From contig OZ024744.1 of NCBI GenBank assembly GCA_964016885.1, forward strand, positions 58,838,001-58,902,000: a stretch of DNA of 64,000 bases, given 5' to 3'. This document shows, one piece after another, positions 1 through 12,160 of the stretch (positions are counted from its first letter, which is position 1; each line of letters starts with the position of its first letter). The notes below the pieces were generated by a model. That model had not been told where the DNA came from and did not search any database. It was given only the letters and a program-made list of their open reading frames with translations. The position numbers and the translations under genes were made by a program. This stretch comes from Eledone cirrhosa (lineage: Eukaryota).

Positions 1-3000
1 ACCACTGCAACCAACACTTCCACCACAACCAACACTACCACTACAATCAACACTACCACCACAACCAACACTACCACTACAATCAACACTACCACTACAA
101 CTGACAACACTACCACTACAACCAACACTACCACTACAACCAACACTACCACTACAACCAACACTACCACTACAACCAACACTACCACTACAACCAACAC
201 TACCACTGCAACCAACAATACCACTACAACCAACACTACCACTGCAACAACCAACAGTACCACTAAAATCAACACTACCACTACAACCAACACTACCACT
301 ACAACCAACACTACCACTACAACCAACACTACCACTACAACCAATACTACCACTGCAACCAACAATACCACTACAAGCAACACTACCACTACAACCAACA
401 CTACCACTACAACCAACACTACCACTACAATCAACACTACCACTACAACTGACAACACTACCACTACAACCAACACTACTACTGCAACCAACACTACCAC
501 TACAACCAACACTACCACTACAACCAACACTACCACTACAACCAACACTACTACTGCAACCAACACTACCACTACAACCAACACTACCACTACAATCAAC
601 ACTACCACTACAACCAACACGACCACTACAATCAACACTACCATTACAACCAACACTACCACTACAACCAACACTACCACTACAACCAACACTACCACTA
701 CAACCAAGACTACCACCACAACCAACACTACCACTACAACCAACACTACCACTACAACCAACACGACCACTACAACCAACACTACCACTACAATCAACAC
801 TACCATTACAACCAACACTACCACTACAACCAACACTACCACTACAACCAACACTACCACTACAACCAACACTACCACTGCAACCAACACTACCACTACA
901 ACCAACACTACCACTGCAACCAACACTACCACTACAACCAACACTACCACTGCAACCAACAATACCACTACAATCAACACTACCACTACAACCAACACTA
1001 CTACTACAACCAACACTACCACTGCAACCAACACTACCACTACAATCAACACTACCACCACAACCAACACTACCACTACAACCAACACTACCACTGCAAC
1101 CAACACTTCCACCACAACCAATACTACCACTACAATCAACACTACCACCACAACCAACACTACCACTACAATCAACACTACCACTACAACTGACAACACT
1201 ACCACTACAACCAACACTACCACTACAACCAACACTACCACTACAACCAACACTACCACTACAACCAACACTACCACTACAACCAACACTACCACTGCAA
1301 CCAACAATACCACTACAACCAACACTACCACTGCAACAACCAACAGTACCACTAAAATCAACACTACCACTACAACCAACACTACCACTACAACCAACAC
1401 TACCACTACAACCAACACTACCACTACAACCAACACTACCACTACAACCAACACTACCACTGCAACCAACAATACCACTACAAGCAACAATACCACTACA
1501 ACCAACACTACCACTACAACCAACACTACCACTACAATCAACACTACCACTACAACTGACAACACTACCACTACAACCAACACTACTACTGCAACCAACA
1601 CTACCACTACAACCAACACTACCACTACAACCAACACTACCACTACAACCAACACTACTACTGCAACCAACACTACCACTACAACCAACACTACCACTAC
1701 AATCAACACTACCACTACAACCAACACGACCACTACAACCAACACTACCACTACAATCAACACTACCATTACAACCAACACTACCACTACAACCAACACT
1801 ACCACTACAACCAACACTACCACTACAACCAAGACTACCACCACAACCAACACTACCACTACAACCAACACTACCACTACAACCAACACGACCACTACAA
1901 CCAATACTACCACTACAATCAACACTACCATTACAACCAACACTACCACTACAACCAACACTACCACTACAACCAACACTACCACTACAACCAAGACTAC
2001 CACCACAACCAACACTACCACTACAACCAACACTACCACTACAACCAACACTACCACCACAACCAACACTACCACTGCAACAAACAATACCACTAGAACC
2101 AACACTACCACTACAAACAACACTACCACTACAACCAACACTACCACTACAACCAACACTACCACCACAACCAACACTACCACTACAACTGACAACACTA
2201 CCACCACAACCAACACTACCACTACAACTGACAACACTACCACTACAACCAACACGACCACTACAACCAACACTACCACTACAACCAACACTACCACCAC
2301 AACCAACACTACCACTACAACTAACACTACCACTACAACCAACACTACCACCACAACCAACACTACCACTACAACTGACAACACTACCACCACAACCAAC
2401 ACTACCACCACAACCAACACTACCACTACAACCAACACTACCACTACAACCAACACTACCACTGCAACCAACACTACCACTACAACCAACACTACCACTG
2501 CAACCAACACTACCACTACAACCAACACTACCACTGCAACCAACAATACCACTACAATCAACACTACCACTACAACCAACACTACTACTACAACCAACAC
2601 TACCACTGCAACCAACACTACCACTACAATCAACACTACCACCACAACCAACACTACCACTACAACCAACACTACCACTGCAACCAACACTTCCACCACA
2701 ACCAACACTACCACTACAATCAACACTACCACCACAACCAACACTACCACTACAATCAACACTACCACTACAACTGACAACACTACCACTACAACCAACA
2801 CTACCACTACAACCAACACTACCACTACAACCAACACTACCACTGCAACCAACACTACCACTACAACCAACACAACTACTGCAACCAACACTACCACTAC
2901 AACCAACACTACCACTACAACCAACACTACCACTACAACCAACAATACCACTACAACCAACACTACCACTACAACCAACACTACCACTGCAACAAACAAT

Positions 3001-4295
3001 ACCACTACAACCAACACTACCACTACAACCAACACTACCACTGCAACCAACACTACCACTACAACCAACACTACCACCACAACCAACACTACCACTGCAA
3101 CCAACACTACCACCACAACCAACACTACCACTGCAACCAACAATACCACCACAACCAACACTACCACTACAACCAACACTACCACCACAACCAACACTAC
3201 CACTACAATCAACACTACCACTACAACTGACAACACTACCACTACAACCAACACTACCACTGCAACCAACACTACCACTGCAATCAACACTACCACTACA
3301 ATCAACACTACCACCACAACCAACACTACCACTACAACTGACAACACTACCACTACAACCAACAATACCACTGCAACCAACACTACCACTACAATCAACA
3401 CTACCACCACAACCAACACTACCACCACAACCAACACTACCACTACAATCAACACTACCACTACAACCAACACTACCACCACAACCAACACTACCACCAC
3501 AACCAACACTACCACCACAACCAACACTACCACTATAACTGACAACACTACCACTACAACCAACACTACCACTGCAATCAACACTACCACTACAATCAAC
3601 ACTACCACTGCAACCAACACTACCACTACAACCAACACTACCACTGCAACCAACACTACCACTGCAACCAACACTACCACTGCAACCAACACTACCACTG
3701 CAACCAACACTACCACTGCAACCAACACTACCACTGCAACCAACACTACCACTATAATCAACACTACCACTGCAACCAACACTACCACTACAACCAACAC
3801 TACCACTGCAACCAACACTACCACTGCAACCAACACTACCACTGCAACCAACACTACCACTACAATCAACACTACCACTGCAACCAACACTACCACTGCA
3901 ACCAACACTACCACTGCAACCAACACTACCACTGCAACCAACACTACCACTGCAACCAACACTACCACTGCAACCAACACTACCACTGCAATCAACACTA
4001 CCACTGCAACCAACACTACCACTGCAACCAACACTACCACTGCAACCAACACTACCACTGCAACCAACACTACCACTGCAACCAACACTACCACTACAAC
4101 CAACACTACCACTACAACCAACACTACCACTACAACCAACAATACCACTACAACCAACACTACCACTACAACCAACACTACCACTGCAACCAACACTACC
4201 ACTGCAACCAACACTACCACTGCAACCAACACTACCACTGCAACCAACACTACCACTGCAATCAACACTACCACTACAACTGACAACACTACCAC
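1..4295. repeat. 18-bp minisatellite (ACCACTACAACCAACACT)n with 21-bp variants and ~1089-bp higher-order duplication; truncated by window start
   Basis: Direct reading. Rare variants recur at a fixed offset: ACTGCAACAACCAACAGTACCACTAAAATC at 241 and 1330; the first unit at 1 recurs at 1090. Frame +1 reads (TTTTNT)n with no stop until TAA at 4384-4386. Confidence 0.97.
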
Positions 4296-4474
4296 CAACA
4301 CAACCAGCAGAAACAGTTATTACAACCAAAAGGTAATAATGGAGGCACCACCACCACAACAACAACAACAACATAAACAGCCATAATGATCATCATTGCT
4401 GTGTCGTTGTTTTCTTCATGTAAACCCTTAGCAGTTAATAAAGAAATCATTATTATTGTTATTACTGGTGCTTT

Positions 4475-4795
4475 ATTTCACGGGGTCAATAAAATAAAGT
4501 ACCAGTAATACACTGGGGTAATTGCTGGCCTTGTGCCAAAAGTAGAAATATTATTATTATTATTATTATTTGGTGGTTTGGCAGTATCAGTAGAGCATCA
4601 GACACCATGCTTTGCAGCATAGAGTTATGGCTCTTTAGGTTCTGAGTTCAAATCGCACCGAGGTTAGCTTTGCCTTTCATCCTTACAGGGCCAATAAAAT
4701 AAAGTACCAGTCATGTACTGGGGCAGATATAATCGACTCCCCCCCGCCATATTACTGGCCTTGTGCCTATAGTAGAAATCATTATCATTATTATG
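4475..4795 (+). mobile_element. Two tandem tRNA-derived SINE copies (family S1): a 3' fragment followed by a full copy, with (ATT)n tails
   Basis: B-box-like GAGTTCAAATC, core GCCTTTCATCCTTACGGGGTCGATAAAATAAAGTACCAG and 3' GCTGGCCTTGTGCC..AAGTAGAAA+(ATT)n, shared with many copies in the window. Confidence 0.85.
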
Positions 4796-5193
4796 TCTAC
4801 CTAACCACTATAGTCCACACATTACAAGCTTATTACTCATTTTTTTGCTCTCCCCACCTTCTCCCTTCCACTGTCTCAATCCTCTCCATCTTTTTATCCT
4901 CTCTTTCTTTCTCACCTTCCTCCTTCCTTTCTCTCTCCTCTCTTCTTTCTATCTATCCTGGTCCCTTTTAATCATATTTAGATGCCTCTCCTCCACCCAT
5001 TCACACAAATCCATCATACAACCAAACAGACAGACAGACAGACAAACTGACAGACACACAGACAGAGACAGGTAGGCAGAGCACCATGTCAAATTCTCAC
5101 CAGGATTACTGCAATCTAGCTGAACTTTGTTATAAAAAATAATACTAATATAAAACAGTAAACTGTGTGTGATTTCTCTTTCTTCTTATTATT

Positions 5194-5422
5194 TGGATTA
5201 GCAGTATCGGTAGAGCGCCAGACAACATGCTTTGAGGCATAGAGTTACGGTCCTTTACATTTTGAGTTCAAATCCTGCTGAGGTTAACTTTGCCTTTCAT
5301 CCTTACGGGGTCGATAAAATAAAATACCAGTCATGTACTGGAGTTGATTTGATTGACTTTCCCTTCCTTCAAAATTGCTGGCCTTGTCCCTAAATCAGAA
5401 ACCATTACTATTATTATTATTA
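5194..5422 (+). mobile_element. tRNA-derived SINE family S1
   Basis: Same A/B-box head, central core and (ATT)n tail as the copies at 4571, 20001 and 37728. Confidence 0.88.
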
Positions 5423-6149
5423 ACCTAAGGTAACTCCAACTGTTCATATCATTCCTTGACATTTCACTACTGCTGGTAGTCCAGAACCTTTCTCAATAAC
5501 TACACCGTTCTCAGCAGGCATATCTTCTGAAGTGGTTCTATCCCTGGTGATCTATTTTCAACAGGTAGTTTTCCAAGTTCTTTGTCACCATGCCAAGAGC
5601 ACCAAACACTGGGACAATTGTGACTGTCTTCATTTCATTACTCCAACATTTCAAGCTCTCATATTTTTAATTGGTATAAAACCCTACTTTCTCTTTCTCT
5701 TTTCATTCCATTCTAGCATCAAAAGAACACTCTATATCTGTAAGTTTTTTTTCTTTCTCAATTACAACAATATCTGGGCTGTTGTGTTCAATCTTCATCT
5801 CAGTTTAAATTAGGAAGTCCCATAAAGGCTTTATCTGTAACACCATGTTCATAGATTTTTCTACACATGGAAATCCAAACAACTTTACACAAGCTCCAGT
5901 GCAACATGGTAGCCACCTTATCATGTCTACCTTTTTTTATAATCATTCTGGTCTAACTGCTTCCACTCTGAAACAATATGGGCAACTGTCTCTGCTTTCT
6001 CCCCACAAATTCCACATTGAACTTGAACATCTTTCATGTCAATATTTTTCATTACCTACCTTGTTCTTATGGCTTGATATTGCACTGCTAATAAAATCCT
6101 TCTGTTTTGTTTTTTTTTTCTTAATGTAGCCTTTCTATAACCAGAACCA

Positions 6150-8520
6150 AGTATTTTTGTTATCTTGGACCAAATGGGTAGGCTGATAGAATGTGAGTAA
6201 TAATGAAGGAGGCACCTTTAGACTAGTGGCCATCTATGCCCTGACTGGTGCAGGACCTCCTGATTTCTTTAAGCACCTTGAAGCTTTCTTGGAAACATCC
6301 CATTCTTTAGTGCTAGTTGGGGATTTCAACTGCATCTTAAGAGGAGATGCAACAGCCTTGCAAATTTACTCAGATGTTTCCAACTGTCTGATTGGTACTG
6401 ACTGGATTTCCCACAGGTGCCTGTTGGACATGGAGCAACCACAATGGGCCATCCAGATAGTTCCTAGATAGAGTATTTATTAGGCCAATCTAAACTGATT
6501 GGCTATATAGATCACAAATTTGTGATCTACACAGTTGACATAGATAGAATACACAGAAAATAAATCCTTCCTGGCATGCAAGGATTACAAAACCTGAATT
6601 ATCGATCTACTTAAGCTGCAGTTGATGGGGGCAATTGTCAACAAAAGGTGGTGGGGAGCTTTAAAGAGAGGCATTAAAGTAGAATTGGTAAGGTATAGCA
6701 AAAAATTAATAGTAGAGAAAAAATAGACTAGAGAAGGAGCTAGTGACCAATCTAGAAGAGGTGATTAGAAAAGGCCCTGCAACTAATGTGCTATGGCCTT
6801 CGACCATTTCTTCAATGTAAAACATGAAAGTTGCCTAGTCAGAGCCAAGGTTCATGAGGGAATGAAAGCTGTGCAGTGGAGCCAGGAGACAAAGGCACGA
6901 CATGGTAACAAAACCAGGATTCAGCCTTTGACAGACCAAGGCAGATGTGTGCTACTCAGTTCTCACCAGATGTATGAGGCTTTTCAGTAACACTTAGTTG
7001 AAATGTTTGATATGAGTGACGGGTCATTAGAAACAGTGGTGGACTTTAGAGCCTACCTCGTTGACTTGCTGTGACTATCAGCATAAGAAGCAACAGACTG
7101 ATAACAGTCACTGAAACATGGGAGGTAATGAACAGATGCATAAGACACAAGTCTTTTGGTTTGGATGGTCTACCCTATAAATTTTATAAGTTTATGCCAA
7201 AGTTGTTTGGTGACTTTTTGGCAAATGTCTACTGCAACTAGCAGCAGAATGGGAGAATTCCCAGTTCTGTGAGTCAGGGTGTGGTAATGCTGCTGAGAAA
7301 AGATGGCAACAAACAGGACATGTTAGATAATTTTTGGACTAAACACTGAGTTTAACATTCTAGCCAAATTACTAGAAAAGAGGTTATGGCTTGTTGTTGG
7401 TAGTTTGGTTAGAGAATCGTAGATGTGCAGGATCCCAAACAGAGCTATCCATGACAACTTTCACCTCATGCAATACACTATAGAGAGGATAGGTGACAAA
7501 CCTGACTTCGGTGAGACTGATAAATTTTGATCAAAGGCATTTGATAGGGTTAACCATCATTACTTGTCAGCTGTCCGTAAAGCAGTTGGTTTTCAGAAGC
7601 TGGATCACTATGATGCTCAGTGGCATCTGATGAGTCATCAAAGTGAACAGTCACCTCGCTATGCCTTTCAACATCACGTGCTCCATTAATGTGCCGTCTT
7701 TCACCACTTTTATATGAGCTGGTTTCAGAGCCCCTACTGCAGAAACTGGCACTGTTAAAGAGCATCACCCTTGAAGTAAGACATGGGACTGCATGAGCAG
7801 TGTCAGCTTATGCAGATTATGTCACCATAATAGTGTTGGGCTTCACTGAAGTAACAGTTGTCAGCACTTCAAAATTTAAGATGGTGTTAAGGGCAAAGGT
7901 CAACCCAGACAAATTGGTTGCCCTGCTGCTTAGAAATTGGAAAGGCAGGTCCATGTAATCGGACAGTGTTGTAAGCCAACAGACAGATGGACCCATTAAA
8001 AAACTTGGGGTCTGGTTCAGTCCAGACTTCCAGGTAGACAGGAAATGGGATGAAATTATGACTAAGGTAGCCAGTCTTATCCAAAAATGAACAGAGAGGA
8101 AACTAACTATTCCTAAAAAGTTGAGCAGAGGTTGAAAATACCTACATTGTCTATTGCCTGACTGTCCTACCCAGCTATAATCCTCATCTGACCAGATTTC
8201 AGTGTCTACTCTTTCGTTTCTTGTGGAAGGGATTAGTCCCATTGGTTAGAAGGTCCATCTGCTACCAAAACTTTCTTCATAGAAGACTGGGTATGCCATG
8301 GCTACTGATGCATAGGAATGCACTAAGGCTGCATGCAGCACCTGCAAAGATTCCTTGATAGTGAACATGTATGGTTTCCATCCATTCATAAGATCCTTCC
8401 CACAGTCATCTCTTGAACTCAGCTACAATCGAGGGTCAAACGAAGACTGAGATTGGCGACTGTCATCTGGAATGTCGCCAGGCTCTCACCACCCTCTACC
8501 AGTCGACAGAAGTTCCACAA
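6150..8520 (+). mobile_element. Degraded L1/Tx1-type LINE ORF2 (APE endonuclease + RT)
   Basis: FRLVAIYA...LVGDFNCIL (APE motifs), KAFDRV at ~7535, SAYADYV (YADD-like) at ~7805 and LGVWF at ~8005; many stops and frameshifts. Confidence 0.8.
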
Positions 8521-9032
8521 ACACTAGTAGTTTATAGAGAACTAATGTTTTACTTGTTATTATATAACCAACATGTCAAAACAACTGAACAGAAGAGAGG
8601 AGAAGACTGAGTAAAGTTGAGGTTTATTGTTAAACATGAGTGACCTACTGAATTACATCTCTTCCATATGTGACAGGAATTAATAAGATCTGCAAATATT
8701 ATTTACCTCATTCTACCACCCTCACCTTCACCTTCTCTCTCTCTCTTTATATATACATACACATACATACACACATATATAAATATACATACATACATAT
8801 ATTTATAATCTTTCTCTCTCTCCTCATAACAAAAGTTTTTGTTTAGTTTAACACAAACAACATTTTTATAGTATGTACATATATAAATAAAAATAGATAG
8901 ATATATATATATATATATATAGTAGACAGCTTCTGCTACTTAGGTGACAGAATTAGCAGTGGTGGTGGGTGTTCTGAAAGTACAGTAACCAGAGTAAGAA
9001 TGAGATGGGGGAAGTTCAGGGAGCTACCACCA

Positions 9033-9725
9033 CAAGATCACATTTTACTTCTGGAGCTCTGCACTGGATGACCGCAATGAAACTCTCGTGGACCTGCCAT
9101 TGACCTTGTTTGCGGTGTGGGGCTGGGCGGCGCCATTCGATCCGAGCCCAGCGTTGAGTTGTTGGAATGGGTCTTTTGTTGAACATTGTAGCACCAGAGG
9201 ACTTGGTCATGTGTCATCCCCATTGGGAGATTTAGTTGAGTCAGGTCTGACCTTATTGTTTCATCCCATGTCTTCCTGGGTCTTCCTCTCTTGGTGCCTC
9301 TTGCAACTCTTAAAGCCCTACCCCTCTTCAAGCGCATCACGTGACCATACCACTGCAGTCTTCCCTCTTGCCCACAACATTTGATCCCTCTTATACCTAG
9401 TTTCACTCGTAATACATTAACACTTTACCGTTCACGTACACTTCTGTTACACATCCATCTGATCATATATGCTTCATTTCTTTCCAGCCTCCATAAGTCC
9501 TCAGTATGCAGATCCCATGTTTTGCTAACTGTAGCATTGTTGAGTGCACACAGGTGTCATACAGCTTACCTTTTATCTTAAGTGAGAGACCCTTTGTAGT
9601 TAGCAGCGACAGCAGCTCCCTGAACTTTTTCCAACTCGTTCTTACTCTCACAACTGTGAATCTGCACAGCCACCTCCGCAGCTGATTTTGTCCCCCAGAT
9701 AGCAGAAGCTATCAACTATTTCTAT
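9033..9725 (-). mobile_element. RTE LINE 3' fragment (family A variant); a short + strand RTE fragment at ~8921-9030 abuts it
   Basis: ORFs RVRTSWKKFRELL.. and RLQWYGHVMR..RGRPRKTWDE are homologous to 10928-11857. Confidence 0.85.
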
Positions 9726-9750
9726 GTGATATATATATTTATATATATAC

Positions 9751-12160
9751 GGATGAGGTTTGTGGCTGGAGTAAGACCTCAAGCAGGAGGAGAGTGACTT
9801 GGTGGTGGAACAATAAGGTAGATGAAGCAGTCAAGGCCAAGAGACAGGCATGGAAAGAATGGAAGAACGGGGGGAGCAGGGTACATTACATAGAGACCAA
9901 GAGGGAAGCTAGGCGACAAGTATACTTAGCTAGGAGGGAAGCAGAGGATAGAAAATTCAAGCATGTTTTACAACGTGAGGACCAGAAACAGGAGGTATTC
10001 AAGATTGCGAGGCAGTGTGTCAGAGATAGTTATGATGTCATTGGAGAGAAGTGTATCCGGAATGATAAAGGTAAGCTTGCCCTCACAAGTGCTGAGAAGA
10101 AAGATGCATGGAAGAGTCATTATGATAGATTACTAAATGAGGAGAATGCATGGGAAGAAGAGACCCTACCCCACGTAGACCCTATAGAGGGACCAGCAGT
10201 ACAAGTCAGCGGCAGCGTAGTAAGTAAGGCAATCAGAGATATGAAGATAGGGAAGGCAACCGGTCCATCGGGTATAGCTGCCGAGATGCTGAAAGCATCT
10301 GGGTCTGTAGGTCACACTATAACCACACGTATCGTTAACCAGGTAATACTAGAAGGGGCCATACCAAAAGATTGGTGCAGTAGCATCATTGTCAACTGCT
10401 ACAAAGGTAAAGGCGATGCACTAGATAGAGGAAACTATAGAGGTATAAAGTTGATGGACCAGGTCATGAAAGTAACAGAAAGAGTTATAGCACAGCTGAT
10501 TAGGGACCGGGTGAATATAGACGAGATGCAATTTGGGTTTGTACCAGGGAAAGCACCACTGATGCCCTCTTCCTTGTGAGGCAATTACAGGAAAAGTACC
10601 TAGCTAACAGTAAGCCACTCTACTTGGCATTTGTCGACCTTGAGAAAGCTTTTGACAGAGTTCCACGTGCAGTAATCTGGTGGGCTCTTAGAAAACTAGG
10701 AGTAGATGAATGGCTTGTGAAAGCGGTACAAGCCATGTATAGGGGAGCAGTCAGCAGTCAGCAATGAGTATAGCGAGGAATTTAGTGTACAGGTTGGGGT
10801 CCACCAAGGCTCTGTTCTTAGCCCTCTCCTGTTCATCATAGTCCTGCAGGCAATAACGGAGGAGTTTAAGACCGGATGCCCATGGGAACTCCTGTATGCT
10901 GATGACCTCGCACTCATAGCTGAATCTATGGTAGAACTAGAGAATAAATTCCAAACCTGGAAGCAGGGACTAGAGAGAAAGGGCCTCAAAGTCAACATGA
11001 CAAAGACTAAGGTCCTTGTAAGTAGACGAGAAAACAGAACCCAGATCCCCTCAGGGAAATGGCCTTGCTCAGTATGTAGGAAAGGTGTAGGTAGGAACTC
11101 CATTCTCTGCCCCAAATGCAAACAATGGGTACACAAGAGATGTAGCGGGATCTCAGGAAGCTTAATTAAGAATGTAGGATTCACATGCAGCAGCTGTGCT
11201 GAAACAGCAAGCAAACAGCCACAGGAAACAAGTACCACCAATCTCTGGGAGGGCCCTGTAGAAACAGTAGACAGCTTCTGCTACCTAGGTGACCGAATTA
11301 GCAACGGAGGTGGGTGCTCAGAAAGTACAATAACTAGGGTAAGAACGGGATGGAAGAAGTTTAGGGAACTACTACCACTGCTAGCTGCAAAAGGCTTCTC
11401 CCTCAGAATGAAAGGCAGACTGTATGATGCGTGTATCCGAACAGCGATGTTGCATGGTAGTGAGACCTGGGCGCTGAAGGTGGAAGACTTACGTAGATTA
11501 GAGAGAAACGAAGCCTGCATGCTCCGATGGATGTGTAACAGTAATATACGTGAACGACAAAGCATAAAGGAATTGAGAGAGAGATTGAGCATAAGAGGAA
11601 TCAAATGCTGCGTGCAGGAGAGGCGGTTACGCTGGTATGGACATGTGATGCGTATGAAGGATGACAGCTGCATAAAAAGGTGCAGAGCACTAGAAGTTGA
11701 TGGAAGCCGCGGAGTGGGGAGACCCAAGATGACTTGGGATGAGGTGATAAAAGCCGACCTTACCCAACTACACCTCTCAAAGTCAATGACACACGACCGT
11801 GACTTCTGGCGTCACGCAGTAATACAGGGTACCCGACCTCCCATGGGTACATGCTGAAGCATATAAACAATATGCCCCCACTCCCCCCACCGCAAGGTGG
11901 TCGTGGAGGTGCCACGGCAAAAAAGCACCCAGCCCACACTGTAAAGTGGACGTGTAGGCGCCACGAAAAAGCACCCAGCACTCACTGTAAATGAGGTTGG
12001 TGATAGGAAGGGCATCCAGCTGTAGAAATCAAGCCAGATCAGTTCCTGTATGAGCAAGGCATGGTCAGCCGACCAGACACTGCCCACAACAGGACAACCC
12101 GTCTAACCCATGCTAGCGTGGAAGAACGGACGTAAAACGGTGATGATGATGATGATGATG
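9751..12160 (+). mobile_element. 5'-truncated RTE LINE (family A): RT with internal PHD-type zinc finger, 3'UTR and (GAT)n tail; frameshifted
   Basis: RT motifs NYRGIKL, QFGF, FVDLEKAFDRV, QGSVLSP, YADD and FCYLG; RTE C-terminus RLRWYGHVMR..GRP..TW; (GAT)n tail at 12142-12160; 5' end abuts (TA)n. Confidence 0.95.

Noticed and set aside
5101-5119. 19-nt minus-strand micro-exon candidate (cag|...|gtgaga)
   Set aside because: Gives a stop in the DNAAF6 phase; such motifs arise by chance.
8600-8690. Possible alternative terminal exon of DNAAF6 (minus-strand acceptor atttgcag, downstream AATAAA)
   Set aside because: Would create an immediate TAA and shows no similarity to the PIH1D3 C-terminus; weak polypyrimidine tract.
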